The translations under genes and the position numbers were made by a program. From positions 1,533,876 to 1,597,875 of the forward strand of contig CAWBOS010000012.1 in assembly GCA_963790475.1 (NCBI GenBank): a stretch of 64,000 nt of DNA, written 5' to 3'. Numbering within the stretch: position 1 is the stretch's first letter; every line of letters starts with the position of its first letter. Shown here piece after piece: positions 19,619 through 27,670 of this stretch. The notes under the pieces are model-generated. The model did no database searches and had not been told where the DNA came from. It was given only the letters and a program-made list of their open reading frames with translations. This stretch comes from an uncultured delta proteobacterium (GTDB taxonomy: Bacteria > Desulfobacterota > RBG-13-43-22).

Positions 19619-20086
19619 CTAACGTCCGGTCAGTTGCATACGGGTCTGAAGGGAAACCTGGAAAAGGTCTTTCCATTGAGACCAGGACTTTTTTATCTGT
19701 TTGCTGATTTCAGAAAGTTTTTCCGGGTGGAGCACTAAATTGACACTGTAAGAAAAGGCAGACAGCAAATCCCCTGTTTTGATATTTGTACCGAACCAGA
19801 CTACAAAAATCTCTCTCCTTTGGTCCATGGACATATTTTGAATATATCCCAGTAAGGGATTCGGTTGGGAACCATCCAGATCAAACCCCTCGGAAAGAAT
19901 AAGAAATTCAGGTTGTTCAAATTGAAGGATGGGAAATACTTCTTCTACTTTGTCGACCGACAGGGCATGACCCCCTTCTTCAAGAAAGGCTTCGACTAAA
20001 GGATCAACCCAGAGGGGTTGGACGGCAATCAAGACGGATCGATCGGCGAAAGGGTTATCTTCAACTCCTGTCCACAGCCGGCTCAT
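19619..20086 (-). CDS. Hypothetical protein, degenerate receiver-like fold, pilT/pilU-associated
   Basis: QRREIFVV..IKTGDLLSAFSYSVNLV; starts about 20 bp after the pilU-like gene. Confidence 0.75.
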   Translation of the reverse strand: MSRLWTGVEDNPFADRSVLIAVQPLWVDPLVEAFLEEGGHALSVDKVEEVFPILQFEQPEFLILSEGFDLDGSQPNPLLGYIQNMSMDQRREIFVVWFGTNIKTGDLLSAFSYSVNLVLHPEKLSEISKQIKKSWSQWKDLFQVSLQTRMQLTGR

Positions 20087-20107
20087 TTTTTCACTCTCTT
20101 TGTCCCT

Positions 20108-21274
20108 TTAAAATGATTTCTGATATTCCTGATCCAAGGCCAGATTTCTTATGCTGGTTGTTTTTTCCCCCCGGCGACTTTTGATCTGGTCCATTCCCCG
20201 TTGAACGATGGCCCGTTTCGAGGCGTAGAGCAGGGCCGTTTCTTCGGAAATAAGCCCCTTCTCGAAATCCGCAATAATATCCTGATCGAAGGTTTGACAC
20301 CCAAAGGGCTGGCTGGACTCCATAATTTCATAGAAGGTTTTATCGGGGGACTCTCCATGCAGGATGAGATCTTGAACGCGTAGATTATTGAGCATGATCT
20401 CGAAAACCGCCACTCGTCTCTGATCGATTCGCGGCAGGAGTCTTTGACTGACCACCCAGCGCAGGGACCCTGACAGACGGATTCGAATCTGCCTTTCTTC
20501 TTCTTGATCGAAGAATCCTAGAATCCGGTTTAAGGTCTGGGTGGCATCGATCGTATGAAGGGTGCTTAACACCAGATGGCCGGTTTCGGCGGCGGTTAAG
20601 GCGATTTCCATGGTCTCCCTGTCCCTGATTTCTCCCACGAGAATGACCTTGGGGGCTTGACGTAAAGCGGCCCGCAGCCCATGGGAAAAAGACTCAAAAT
20701 CGGCCCCTAATTCCCGTTGATTAAAAGTCGCCTTTTTGTGGTAATGAACTATTTCAATCGGATCTTCCAGGGTGATGACATGAACCGGATCGTTTTCATT
20801 GATATCATCAAGTATGGCCGCCAGAGAAGTGGTCTTTCCGGAACCGGTGGCCCCGGTGAAAAAAATAATTCCGTTTTTTTCCCGGGCCATTTTTTTAAAA
20901 ACCAAGGGGAGGTTTAAGCTGTCAATTGTGGGAATCTCGACCGGAAGTTTACGCATGATGATACTGTAATTATTCTTTTGTGAAAAGACGCTTACTCGAA
21001 ATCTGACTTTATCCTGGATAGCATGGGAAAGGTCACAGGAACCTGTTCTAACCAATGTCTCAATTTTCCGGCGGTCCGAACGTAACAGATTCAGGGCAAT
21101 GACCTCGGTTTGAAATGGGGTCAAAACTTTGGTGGCCAAGTTTAATTGAACCGGTACGAGATTCCCATAGATTTCTACCTGGAAAGGACGCCCGACGGTT
21201 AAGTTGATATCCGAAATCTGAGGATATTGCTCTACGATTTTGGACAGGATGAAATCAAGTTCGGCTTGACGCAT
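20108..21274 (-). CDS. pilU: PilT/PilU family type IV pilus retraction ATPase
   Basis: GATGSGKTT, TLEDPIE, NQRELG, ALRQAPKVILVGEIRD, AETGHLVLSTLHT. Confidence 0.88.
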   Translation of the reverse strand: MRQAELDFILSKIVEQYPQISDINLTVGRPFQVEIYGNLVPVQLNLATKVLTPFQTEVIALNLLRSDRRKIETLVRTGSCDLSHAIQDKVRFRVSVFSQKNNYSIIMRKLPVEIPTIDSLNLPLVFKKMAREKNGIIFFTGATGSGKTTSLAAILDDINENDPVHVITLEDPIEIVHYHKKATFNQRELGADFESFSHGLRAALRQAPKVILVGEIRDRETMEIALTAAETGHLVLSTLHTIDATQTLNRILGFFDQEEERQIRIRLSGSLRWVVSQRLLPRIDQRRVAVFEIMLNNLRVQDLILHGESPDKTFYEIMESSQPFGCQTFDQDIIADFEKGLISEETALLYASKRAIVQRGMDQIKSRRGEKTTSIRNLALDQEYQKSF

Positions 21275-21289
21275 GGGGTTTGGATTCCT

Positions 21290-22372
21290 TTATATTTCCG
21301 TAAAATCGGTGAGTAAATCTCCCGCATAGGATCTAAATTTATCTTTAGCAATGCATTTATTATAAGCTTCTTCGCCGGAAATCCATCCTTTTTTAAGAAA
21401 GTCCATTATAGCATCATCCAAAGATTGCATTCCAAATTTTTTTCCTGTTTGAATAACCGATGGAATTTGGAAAGTTTTACCTTCACGGATCAAATTTCGC
21501 ACCGCATGGGTGGCGATCAGAATTTCCAGCGCGGCTATACGCCCTTTTCGGTCGATCCGCTTGAAAAGGGTTTGGCAAATTACCCCCCGCAAGGCATCAG
21601 CCAGTGTTGCCCGGATCTGGGCCTGTTGATCGGCCGGGAAGACTTCGATGATCCGATCAACGGTTTTTGAAGCGCTGATCGTATGTAAGGTAGCAAAAAC
21701 CAAATGACCGGTTTCCGCGGCCTCGATGGCCAAGGAAACCGTTTCCAGGTCTCTCATTTCTCCCACCAGAATAATATCCGGGTCTTCCCGCAGGGCTCCT
21801 CTGAGGGCAGCGGCGAAAGATCGGGTGTGTCTTCCGATTTCCCGATGATTAATGGTGCAGTTGATATTTTGATGTACGAATTCGATCGGATCTTCTATGG
21901 TCAATATGTGATCTTTACGGTCTCGGTTGGCCTCGTTGATAATAGCCGCCAGAGTGGTCGATTTTCCGCTCCCGGTCGGTCCGGTAACCAAAACCAACCC
22001 TTTGGGCAATAAGGCCATTCGTTTAATGACCATGGGGAGCCCCAATTCTTCTACGGTTGCGATCTTACTGGGTATTTCCCGAAAGACCGCCCCCACACCG
22101 TGAAGCTGGCGGAAAAAATTGGCGCGATATCTGGCCAATCCGGGGATTTCATAGGAAAAATCAAGGTCTCCCGTTTCCTCAAATAGCTTAATTTTTTCCT
22201 CAGGGGTAATTTCATAGAGGAGGGCTTTTAAATCATCATTTTCCAGAACGGCATATTTTATCCTTTCCAGTTCTCCCCGAATCCGGAGGATCGGCTGGGA
22301 GCCGGAAGACAAATGCAGGTCCGAAGCCCCTTGCTCATGCATTAATTTGAAGAAAGCGTCTATCTGGGCCAC
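21290..22372 (-). CDS. pilT: Type IV pilus twitching motility ATPase
   Basis: GASDLHL, GPTGSGKSTT, ALREDPDIILVGEMRD, AVRNLIRE; GTG start. Confidence 0.96.
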   Translation of the reverse strand: MAQIDAFFKLMHEQGASDLHLSSGSQPILRIRGELERIKYAVLENDDLKALLYEITPEEKIKLFEETGDLDFSYEIPGLARYRANFFRQLHGVGAVFREIPSKIATVEELGLPMVIKRMALLPKGLVLVTGPTGSGKSTTLAAIINEANRDRKDHILTIEDPIEFVHQNINCTINHREIGRHTRSFAAALRGALREDPDIILVGEMRDLETVSLAIEAAETGHLVFATLHTISASKTVDRIIEVFPADQQAQIRATLADALRGVICQTLFKRIDRKGRIAALEILIATHAVRNLIREGKTFQIPSVIQTGKKFGMQSLDDAIMDFLKKGWISGEEAYNKCIAKDKFRSYAGDLLTDFTEI

Positions 22373-22459
22373 TGATCGATATCCTTCGGTTTTTAATTTT
22401 TTTTAGAGATCAAAACATTCTCATTCGGCGGTGAAGGCGTTTTCATGAATTATACGGTT

Positions 22460-22798
22460 CTATTGAATCAACCAATTGATAAGCCAACTAACGATACTGA
22501 TTAACAGGGCCCCAATTACCGCAGGCCAAAACCCTTGAATTATAAATCCTTTTATTATCAGGGAAACAAACCAGAGCATAGCGCCGTTGATGACCAAGGT
22601 AAAAAGCCCCAAGGTAATGATATTGATCGGCAAGGTCAAAATAATCAAGATGGGGCGGATAAAGGTATTTAGAATACCGAGCAGGGCAGCGGCCATGAGC
22701 AGGGCTGGAGCCCCTGTGACCTGGATCCCATTGACCAGATAGGTGGTTACTAAGAGAGCCAGGGCGTTGATCAGCCATTTGAACAGAATTCTACGCAT
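22460..22798 (-). CDS. 4-TM membrane protein, phage holin-like family (DUF360/YvlD)
   Basis: LNTFIRPILIILTLPINIITLGLFTLVING signature. Confidence 0.9.
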   Translation of the reverse strand: MRRILFKWLINALALLVTTYLVNGIQVTGAPALLMAAALLGILNTFIRPILIILTLPINIITLGLFTLVINGAMLWFVSLIIKGFIIQGFWPAVIGALLISIVSWLINWLIQ

Positions 22799-22967
22799 AG
22801 TTTATAGTTAACATATTTAATCCGGAGAGTAAATTTTATTTTTATTGACTCCTAACCCAATAATTTGATAAAAAAAGTACAATGAGTTGGCAATAACGAG
22901 GTCAAGCATTTTTGACAAGTTTATTTGTGAGTAAAGCCCATTATTTAAAATTGGAAAGGAGATTGGC

Positions 22968-23858
22968 ATGGCGGCAAAGATTATCAGCGGTTCTGAAGTG
23001 GCTAAACAAATTCGAGAAGAACTAAAGCAGGAGGTGGAGCAGTTGAAGGCCCGGACAGGGGTTGTCCCCGGATTGGTGACCATTCTGGTTGGAGAGAACC
23101 CGGCTTCGGTCAGTTATGTTACTGCTAAACAAAAGACCTCAAAAGAATTAGGTTTTTTTTCCATTCAGGACAATCAGCCGGCCGATATTACTGAGGCGGC
23201 TTTGTTGTCCCTGATTGATAAATATAATAAAGATCCCAAGATTCATGGGATACTGGTGCAATTACCCGTTCCCAAGCACATCAACGAGACCAATGTTCTT
23301 TATGCCATTGATCCCAAAAAAGATGTGGATGGGTTTCATCCGGTCAATGTCGGCAAACTAATGATCGGAGAGGCCGATTACCTGCCCTGTACCCCGGCCG
23401 GGATTCAGGAGCTCCTGGTCCGTTCCGGCGTTAAGACCAAGGGGGCTGAGCTGGTGGTTGTAGGGCGTTCCAATATTGTTGGAAAACCCATTGCCAATAT
23501 CATGCTTCAGAAAAAAGAGGGGGCCAACTCCACAGTGACGATAGTCCATACCGGGACCCCCCAGGAAAAAATGATTGAACATTGCCGCCGGGCCGATATC
23601 CTGATTGTGGCTGCCGGCGTGGCTAAATATGTCAAGGCCGACTGGGTAAAAGAAGGGGCCGCGGTTATTGATGTGGGTGTCAACCGGATCGGTATGAGCG
23701 AATCCGGCAAGGCAATCCTGGCGGGAGATGTTGACTTTGAAACCGTAAAGGAAAAGGCGGGATTAATTACTCCGGTTCCAGGTGGAGTTGGACCAATGAC
23801 CATCACCATGCTGATGAAAAATACGGTCAAAGCGGCCAAGATAGCTGCCGGTAAATAA
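22968..23858 (+). CDS. folD: Bifunctional methylenetetrahydrofolate dehydrogenase/cyclohydrolase
   Basis: GILVQLP, KDVDGFHP, PCTPAG, GRSNIVGKP, TPVPGGVGPMT. Confidence 0.98.
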   Translation: MAAKIISGSEVAKQIREELKQEVEQLKARTGVVPGLVTILVGENPASVSYVTAKQKTSKELGFFSIQDNQPADITEAALLSLIDKYNKDPKIHGILVQLPVPKHINETNVLYAIDPKKDVDGFHPVNVGKLMIGEADYLPCTPAGIQELLVRSGVKTKGAELVVVGRSNIVGKPIANIMLQKKEGANSTVTIVHTGTPQEKMIEHCRRADILIVAAGVAKYVKADWVKEGAAVIDVGVNRIGMSESGKAILAGDVDFETVKEKAGLITPVPGGVGPMTITMLMKNTVKAAKIAAGK

Positions 23859-23949
23859 CGAAAACGAACAGCTTGCCTCGGGGTGAACCTGGGGGCGAAG
23901 GTTGGAGTTTTTTCCGTTTTTCGCATTACTTTTATCATGACCGAAAACC

Positions 23950-24037
23950 AATGAGGATTGAGTCGACCCCCAAAGGTCATTTCATTCCGTTGAACAGGTT
24001 GTTAAACCGCTTGGATCCACAAGATGGACTGGGACGG
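23950..24037 (+). ncRNA. pan RNA motif-like cis-regulatory element upstream of panB
   Basis: Bulged stem CCGCTTGGATCC-ACAAGAT-GGACTGGGACGG (24007-24037), preceded by a second bulged stem at about 23950-23991. Location upstream of panB matches the described pan motif. Confidence 0.7.
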
Positions 24038-24058
24038 GGAAACCAAATTAAAAAGATC

Positions 24059-24084
24059 CCCGGACTATGTCCGGGTTTTTTTTT
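24059..24084 (+). terminator. Intrinsic terminator in the panB leader
   Basis: CCCGGAC-TAT-GTCCGGG followed by T9. Confidence 0.85.
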
Positions 24085-24174
24085 GGAAGAGACCCATGAT
24101 TCAAATACTTAGGAGCCGAATTTCGAATTTCGAACTGGAACCGTTGAACATCTTCTCGAAAGAAGGAGGGCATT

Positions 24175-25029
24175 ATGGAACGAAAAAAAGTGACTAATCA
24201 AGATTTGGTAGCCAAGAAAAAGGCAGGCAAAAAAATAACCATGTTGACCGCTTATGATTTCGCCCTGGGTTCTTTTATCGATCAATCCGGGATTGATATG
24301 ATTCTGGTGGGCGATTCGCTGGGAATGGTGGTTTTAGGATATGATTCCACAGTCCCGGTGACTATGGATGAGATGATCCATCATTGCCGAGCTGTTCGAC
24401 GAGGGGTGCGCTATGCCTTTTTGGTCGGGGATATGCCCTTTATGTCCTATAACGTCAGCAAGGAAGAGGCCGTGAGAAATGCCGGAAGGTTTTTAAAGGA
24501 AGCCGGGTGCGACGCGGTCAAACTGGAAGGGGGTTTGGAGGTAGCCGAAACCGTCAAGGCCATAGTGCTGGCCGGAATTCCAGTTATGGCCCATATCGGG
24601 CTAACCCCCCAAACCGCAGGTCAGTTGGGGGGGTTCAAAGTTCAGGGAAAGGATGCCCTCTCGGCCCAACGGCTGTTGGATTCAGCCCTGGCCCTGGAAG
24701 AGGCCGGAGCTTGTTCCATAGTTATGGAATGTATCCCTGATAAATTAGCCGGTTTGATTTCCAAAACTTTGAAAATTCCTACAATCGGCATTGGGGCCGG
24801 CCCGGAATGCGATGGGCAAGTTCTGGTAACCAATGACCTGTTGGGCTTATTTGAAAGGTTTACTCCAAAATTTGTAAAACAATACATAAAGTTATTCCCT
24901 ATGATTAAAGAAGCGGCTGAAGTTTATAAGAAAGAGGTTGAAGCCGGAAAATTCCCCGGACCGGAACATTCCTTTGTCATGGAAACCAAAGAGTTGAGTC
25001 GAATAAAGATAAAGAAAAAAGGTAAATAA
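24175..25029 (+). CDS. panB: 3-methyl-2-oxobutanoate hydroxymethyltransferase
   Basis: MLTAYD, LVGDSLGM, DMPFMSY, AVKLEGG, HIGLTPQ, GIGAG..CDGQVLV. Confidence 0.98.
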   Translation: MERKKVTNQDLVAKKKAGKKITMLTAYDFALGSFIDQSGIDMILVGDSLGMVVLGYDSTVPVTMDEMIHHCRAVRRGVRYAFLVGDMPFMSYNVSKEEAVRNAGRFLKEAGCDAVKLEGGLEVAETVKAIVLAGIPVMAHIGLTPQTAGQLGGFKVQGKDALSAQRLLDSALALEEAGACSIVMECIPDKLAGLISKTLKIPTIGIGAGPECDGQVLVTNDLLGLFERFTPKFVKQYIKLFPMIKEAAEVYKKEVEAGKFPGPEHSFVMETKELSRIKIKKKGK

Positions 25030-25078
25030 GAAAAATAGTTATACAAAAAACCTGATAGACTGCATGAAGGAAAAACCG

Positions 25079-26030
25079 ATGAAAATAGCTGTAGTCGGCC
25101 CAGGGGCTATGGGTTGTCTTTTGGCCGGAAAAATCGCTCTTGCCGGTAATGAAGTCCTGATATTGGATCATGTACCGGAGCGTGTCGAAGTCATCAACCG
25201 GCAGGGTTTAGTCATCGAGGGGCTTCAGGGAACCCTTCAAGTCAAAGTCCCGGTCACCTTAAATCCGGAGGATCTATTGCAGGTCGAAGTGGTACTGGTC
25301 TGTGTCAAGGCCTATGATACCCGAACCGTGTCCCAGACCCTTCAAGGCCTTGGTTCTGGTCCTTTCGTTTTGACCCTTCAGAATGGTGTTGGCAACGTGG
25401 AGACCCTGGGAAAATATCTCCCCAAAGAAAAAATATTAGCCGGAATTACCTCACACGGGGCTACCGATCTGGGCCCCGGTTGGGTGCGCCACGCCGGACA
25501 GGGAGATACTTTTATCGGCTATGGATTCCCCAGGGGAGACAGAGACCTATCTCAAGACCCACAATTGATTAAGGTGAAAGAGTTGTTAAGCGAGGCCGGT
25601 TTTGTCACCCAACTGGTGCCTAAAATTGAAAATTTGATCTGGAGTAAACTTTTAGTCAATGTCGGGATCAATGCCTTGACCGCCCTGACTCGTTTGCCGA
25701 ATGGGAAACTTAATTGAATTCCCCGGGACGAAGGAAATTCTGGAGGAGGCCGTTCAAGAGGGCATTTGGATTGGGAAAAAGAAAGGCATTGAATTTATTT
25801 ACCCCGATCCCCTGGGCCAGGTCAGAAAAGTTTGCCAGCTCACCAGTGCCAATATTTCTTCCATGCTCCAGGATGTCCTGAAGAAGAAAAGAACTGAAAT
25901 CGATTTTATTAATGGGGTGATTGTGGGCGAAGGTCAGGGTTATGGTATTCCGATGCCAGTCAATTCCCTGTTGACCCGTTTGGTTAAAACGATTGAGGCT
26001 TCTTATGGGCAGACAGTGGGTGAGGGATGA
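25079..26030 (+). CDS. panE: 2-dehydropantoate 2-reductase, interrupted by a one-base frameshift near 25712
   Basis: GPGAMG, VKAYD, LQNGVG, WSKLLVNVGIN in frame 1; SSMLQDV..TEIDFING in the next ORF. Removing one base at AAACTTAATTGAA joins ...NGKL-IEFPG. Confidence 0.88.
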
Positions 26031-26157
26031 GATAGGTCGATTTTCAATTTCGGATTGCCGAAAAGGAGAATGAGGGATGATGGCGAATACAAGTTAGAGA
26101 GGGACGAGGAACAACTTATTAACAGCGTCCTATTGAAGCCGGTCGTCCCTCGTCTCA
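26021..26157. repeat. Intergenic short-unit inverted array (GAGGGAC/GAGGGAT type)
   Basis: GAGGGATGA..GAGGGATGA..GAGAGGGACGAGGA ... CGTCC..GTCGTCCCTCGTCTC. Confidence 0.5.
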
Positions 26158-26161
26158 ATTC

Positions 26162-26284
26162 TTAGGCTTGAGGAGCGGCTGCCGCTTCTTTGCCTGCCTT
26201 GGCCGCTAACTTCTTTCTTTTTTTCCGGCGTTGCCTTCTCCGTTCAATTTCCCGAACACGTTCAATCTTTTTATGTTTTGCCAA
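26162..26284 (-). CDS. 40-aa very basic small protein (DUF6800-like)
   Basis: Below the ORF-track cutoff. TTG start with strong RBS GAAGGGAGG; MAKHKKIERVREIERRRQRRKKRKKLAAKAGKEAAAAPQA. Confidence 0.7.
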   Translation of the reverse strand: MAKHKKIERVREIERRRQRRKKRKKLAAKAGKEAAAAPQA

Positions 26285-26562
26285 AAAATCCCCTCCCTTC
26301 TTCTAAATATAAACAACCCAAAGCTGATAAATTCTTAAAAAGTCACTGAACAACTTCTTTTTCCATTATGGGAATAATGCCAGGTCCTGTCAAGCATCAT
26401 ATTATTCTTGGTTTCTTTTTGGTAAATCCGGTCCAGAAAATTAGAAAGTTTAAAAAGATAACTACCTTCCTTGGGCGCTGTTTGATTCTTCCCCCATCGC
26501 TATTGTCCAAATTCACATTTTTTTGTGCAAATTTTCCTCCATTTCCCGACTCCATAAAAATA

Positions 26563-26575
26563 TAACTTGTTGAAA
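26563..26575 (-). promoter_or_regulatory. Putative IHF site
   Basis: Reverse complement TTTCAACAAGTTA versus consensus WATCAANNNNTTR (1 mismatch), about 30 bp upstream of the sigma54 -24 box. Confidence 0.5.
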
Positions 26576-26603
26576 TATTTTAGCAATATCTTTTTCACTT
26601 TTG

Positions 26604-26619
26604 TGGCATATGTTTTGCA
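26604..26619 (+). promoter_or_regulatory. Sigma54 (-24/-12) promoter
   Basis: TGGCAT-ATGTT-TTGCA matches TGGCAC-N5-TTGCW with exact spacing, in an AT-rich intergenic region. Confidence 0.75.
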
Positions 26620-26937
26620 TTTATCAAATTTTATGCTTAGTTATCCGAAAATTTATCTCCCGACTGGTGTCAATGAGACTCAATAATTTCAAGCAGTTTT
26701 GGAAAAAAAGACAGGGCTCTTTAGGGGTACCAAGGAAAAAGACAAGACGATCAAAGGAACGAGGATCAGAGAAAAAGCTTCCAAGGATGACCAAATTTTT
26801 TTTAAGGACGCAACATGAAAATTTTAATCGAAAGAATAGATTTTTTGTTATGGAGATCAAAATTTAAGCCGGACGCGGAGATTGCGCACCGGGGATGTTT
26901 TTGAAAGCTATCGGAGATAAAAACGAGGAGGATTAAA

Positions 26938-27183
26938 ATGGCCCAAACTAATCTGTTGATTAAGGAGTATTATTCTTTAAATCAGGATAAAATAGTCGAT
27001 TGTCCTTTTCAACCCGGGAACCTGAGGATATCGAAAAGGGCCTGTCTCAAACGGCAAAAAGCCGCCCAAAGGAAAAAGCTTGAGACCTTCAAGGTCGAAG
27101 ACCTGTTCAATTATTTCGTATCTCAAGGACTTTCGCGCTGTCAAGAATGCCCGATCATCGACAATCCGGTCTCTTTGTCCTGA
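26938..27183 (+). CDS. Small 4-Cys hypothetical protein
   Basis: Strong RBS GAGGAGG; CP..C..CxxC pattern. Confidence 0.72.
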   Translation: MAQTNLLIKEYYSLNQDKIVDCPFQPGNLRISKRACLKRQKAAQRKKLETFKVEDLFNYFVSQGLSRCQECPIIDNPVSLS

Positions 27184-27294
27184 CGGATTTGTGATAAGTC
27201 CCCGGTGTCGACTTCCCTTGATCAATAATAATAAGGGAGGAGGGGATAATTTTTGGTTTTAACCCAATAGCCCCTTCGGGGAGGCAGGAAATTC

Positions 27295-27495
27295 ATGCTT
27301 CCGGTGTTAATCTTATATTTAGACCGAGATTATCAGGTCACCTATTGGATTATTCGAGATGAGGTTAAAATATTTTCCCAGGTCACCATTCCTCAGGCCA
27401 TCCAATTATTAAAAAACTTTGAATTTGATCTGATTATCTCCGATCCTCAAAATATTGCCATTTTCAAACCCTCATCTCTCCTTGGAACAAGCTAA
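27295..27495 (+). CDS. Small hypothetical protein with a partial receiver-like motif
   Basis: RBS GGAGG; AIQLLKNFEFDLIISD resembles the receiver alpha2-beta3 segment. Confidence 0.55.
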   Translation: MLPVLILYLDRDYQVTYWIIRDEVKIFSQVTIPQAIQLLKNFEFDLIISDPQNIAIFKPSSLLGTS

Positions 27496-27670
27496 GTCTA
27501 TAAGCATTTTTCTACCGGAACTGGTTTTTCCAGGATTGATGCTGCCGGAGAATCGGAAGTCTGGTACAGTCCCAAACCTGGCCTGTAATTCTTTCCAGTG
27601 GGGAATAAGTCCCAACCCATCAGCGGCATGTCTTATCATAATGTTGGAAAGTTCAAACAAGGCAGTAAGC

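Noticed and set aside
22460-22798. Holin-family gene as a prophage sign
   Set aside because: This family is common in non-phage contexts, and no phage genes are nearby.
25715-25717. TGA in panE as selenocysteine or readthrough
   Set aside because: The homologous sequence continues in a different frame, so it is an indel rather than recoding.
26601-26867. 88-aa ORF starting inside the sigma54 box
   Set aside because: Its start overlaps the promoter, it has no RBS, and it is a low-complexity K/R translation of purine-rich DNA.
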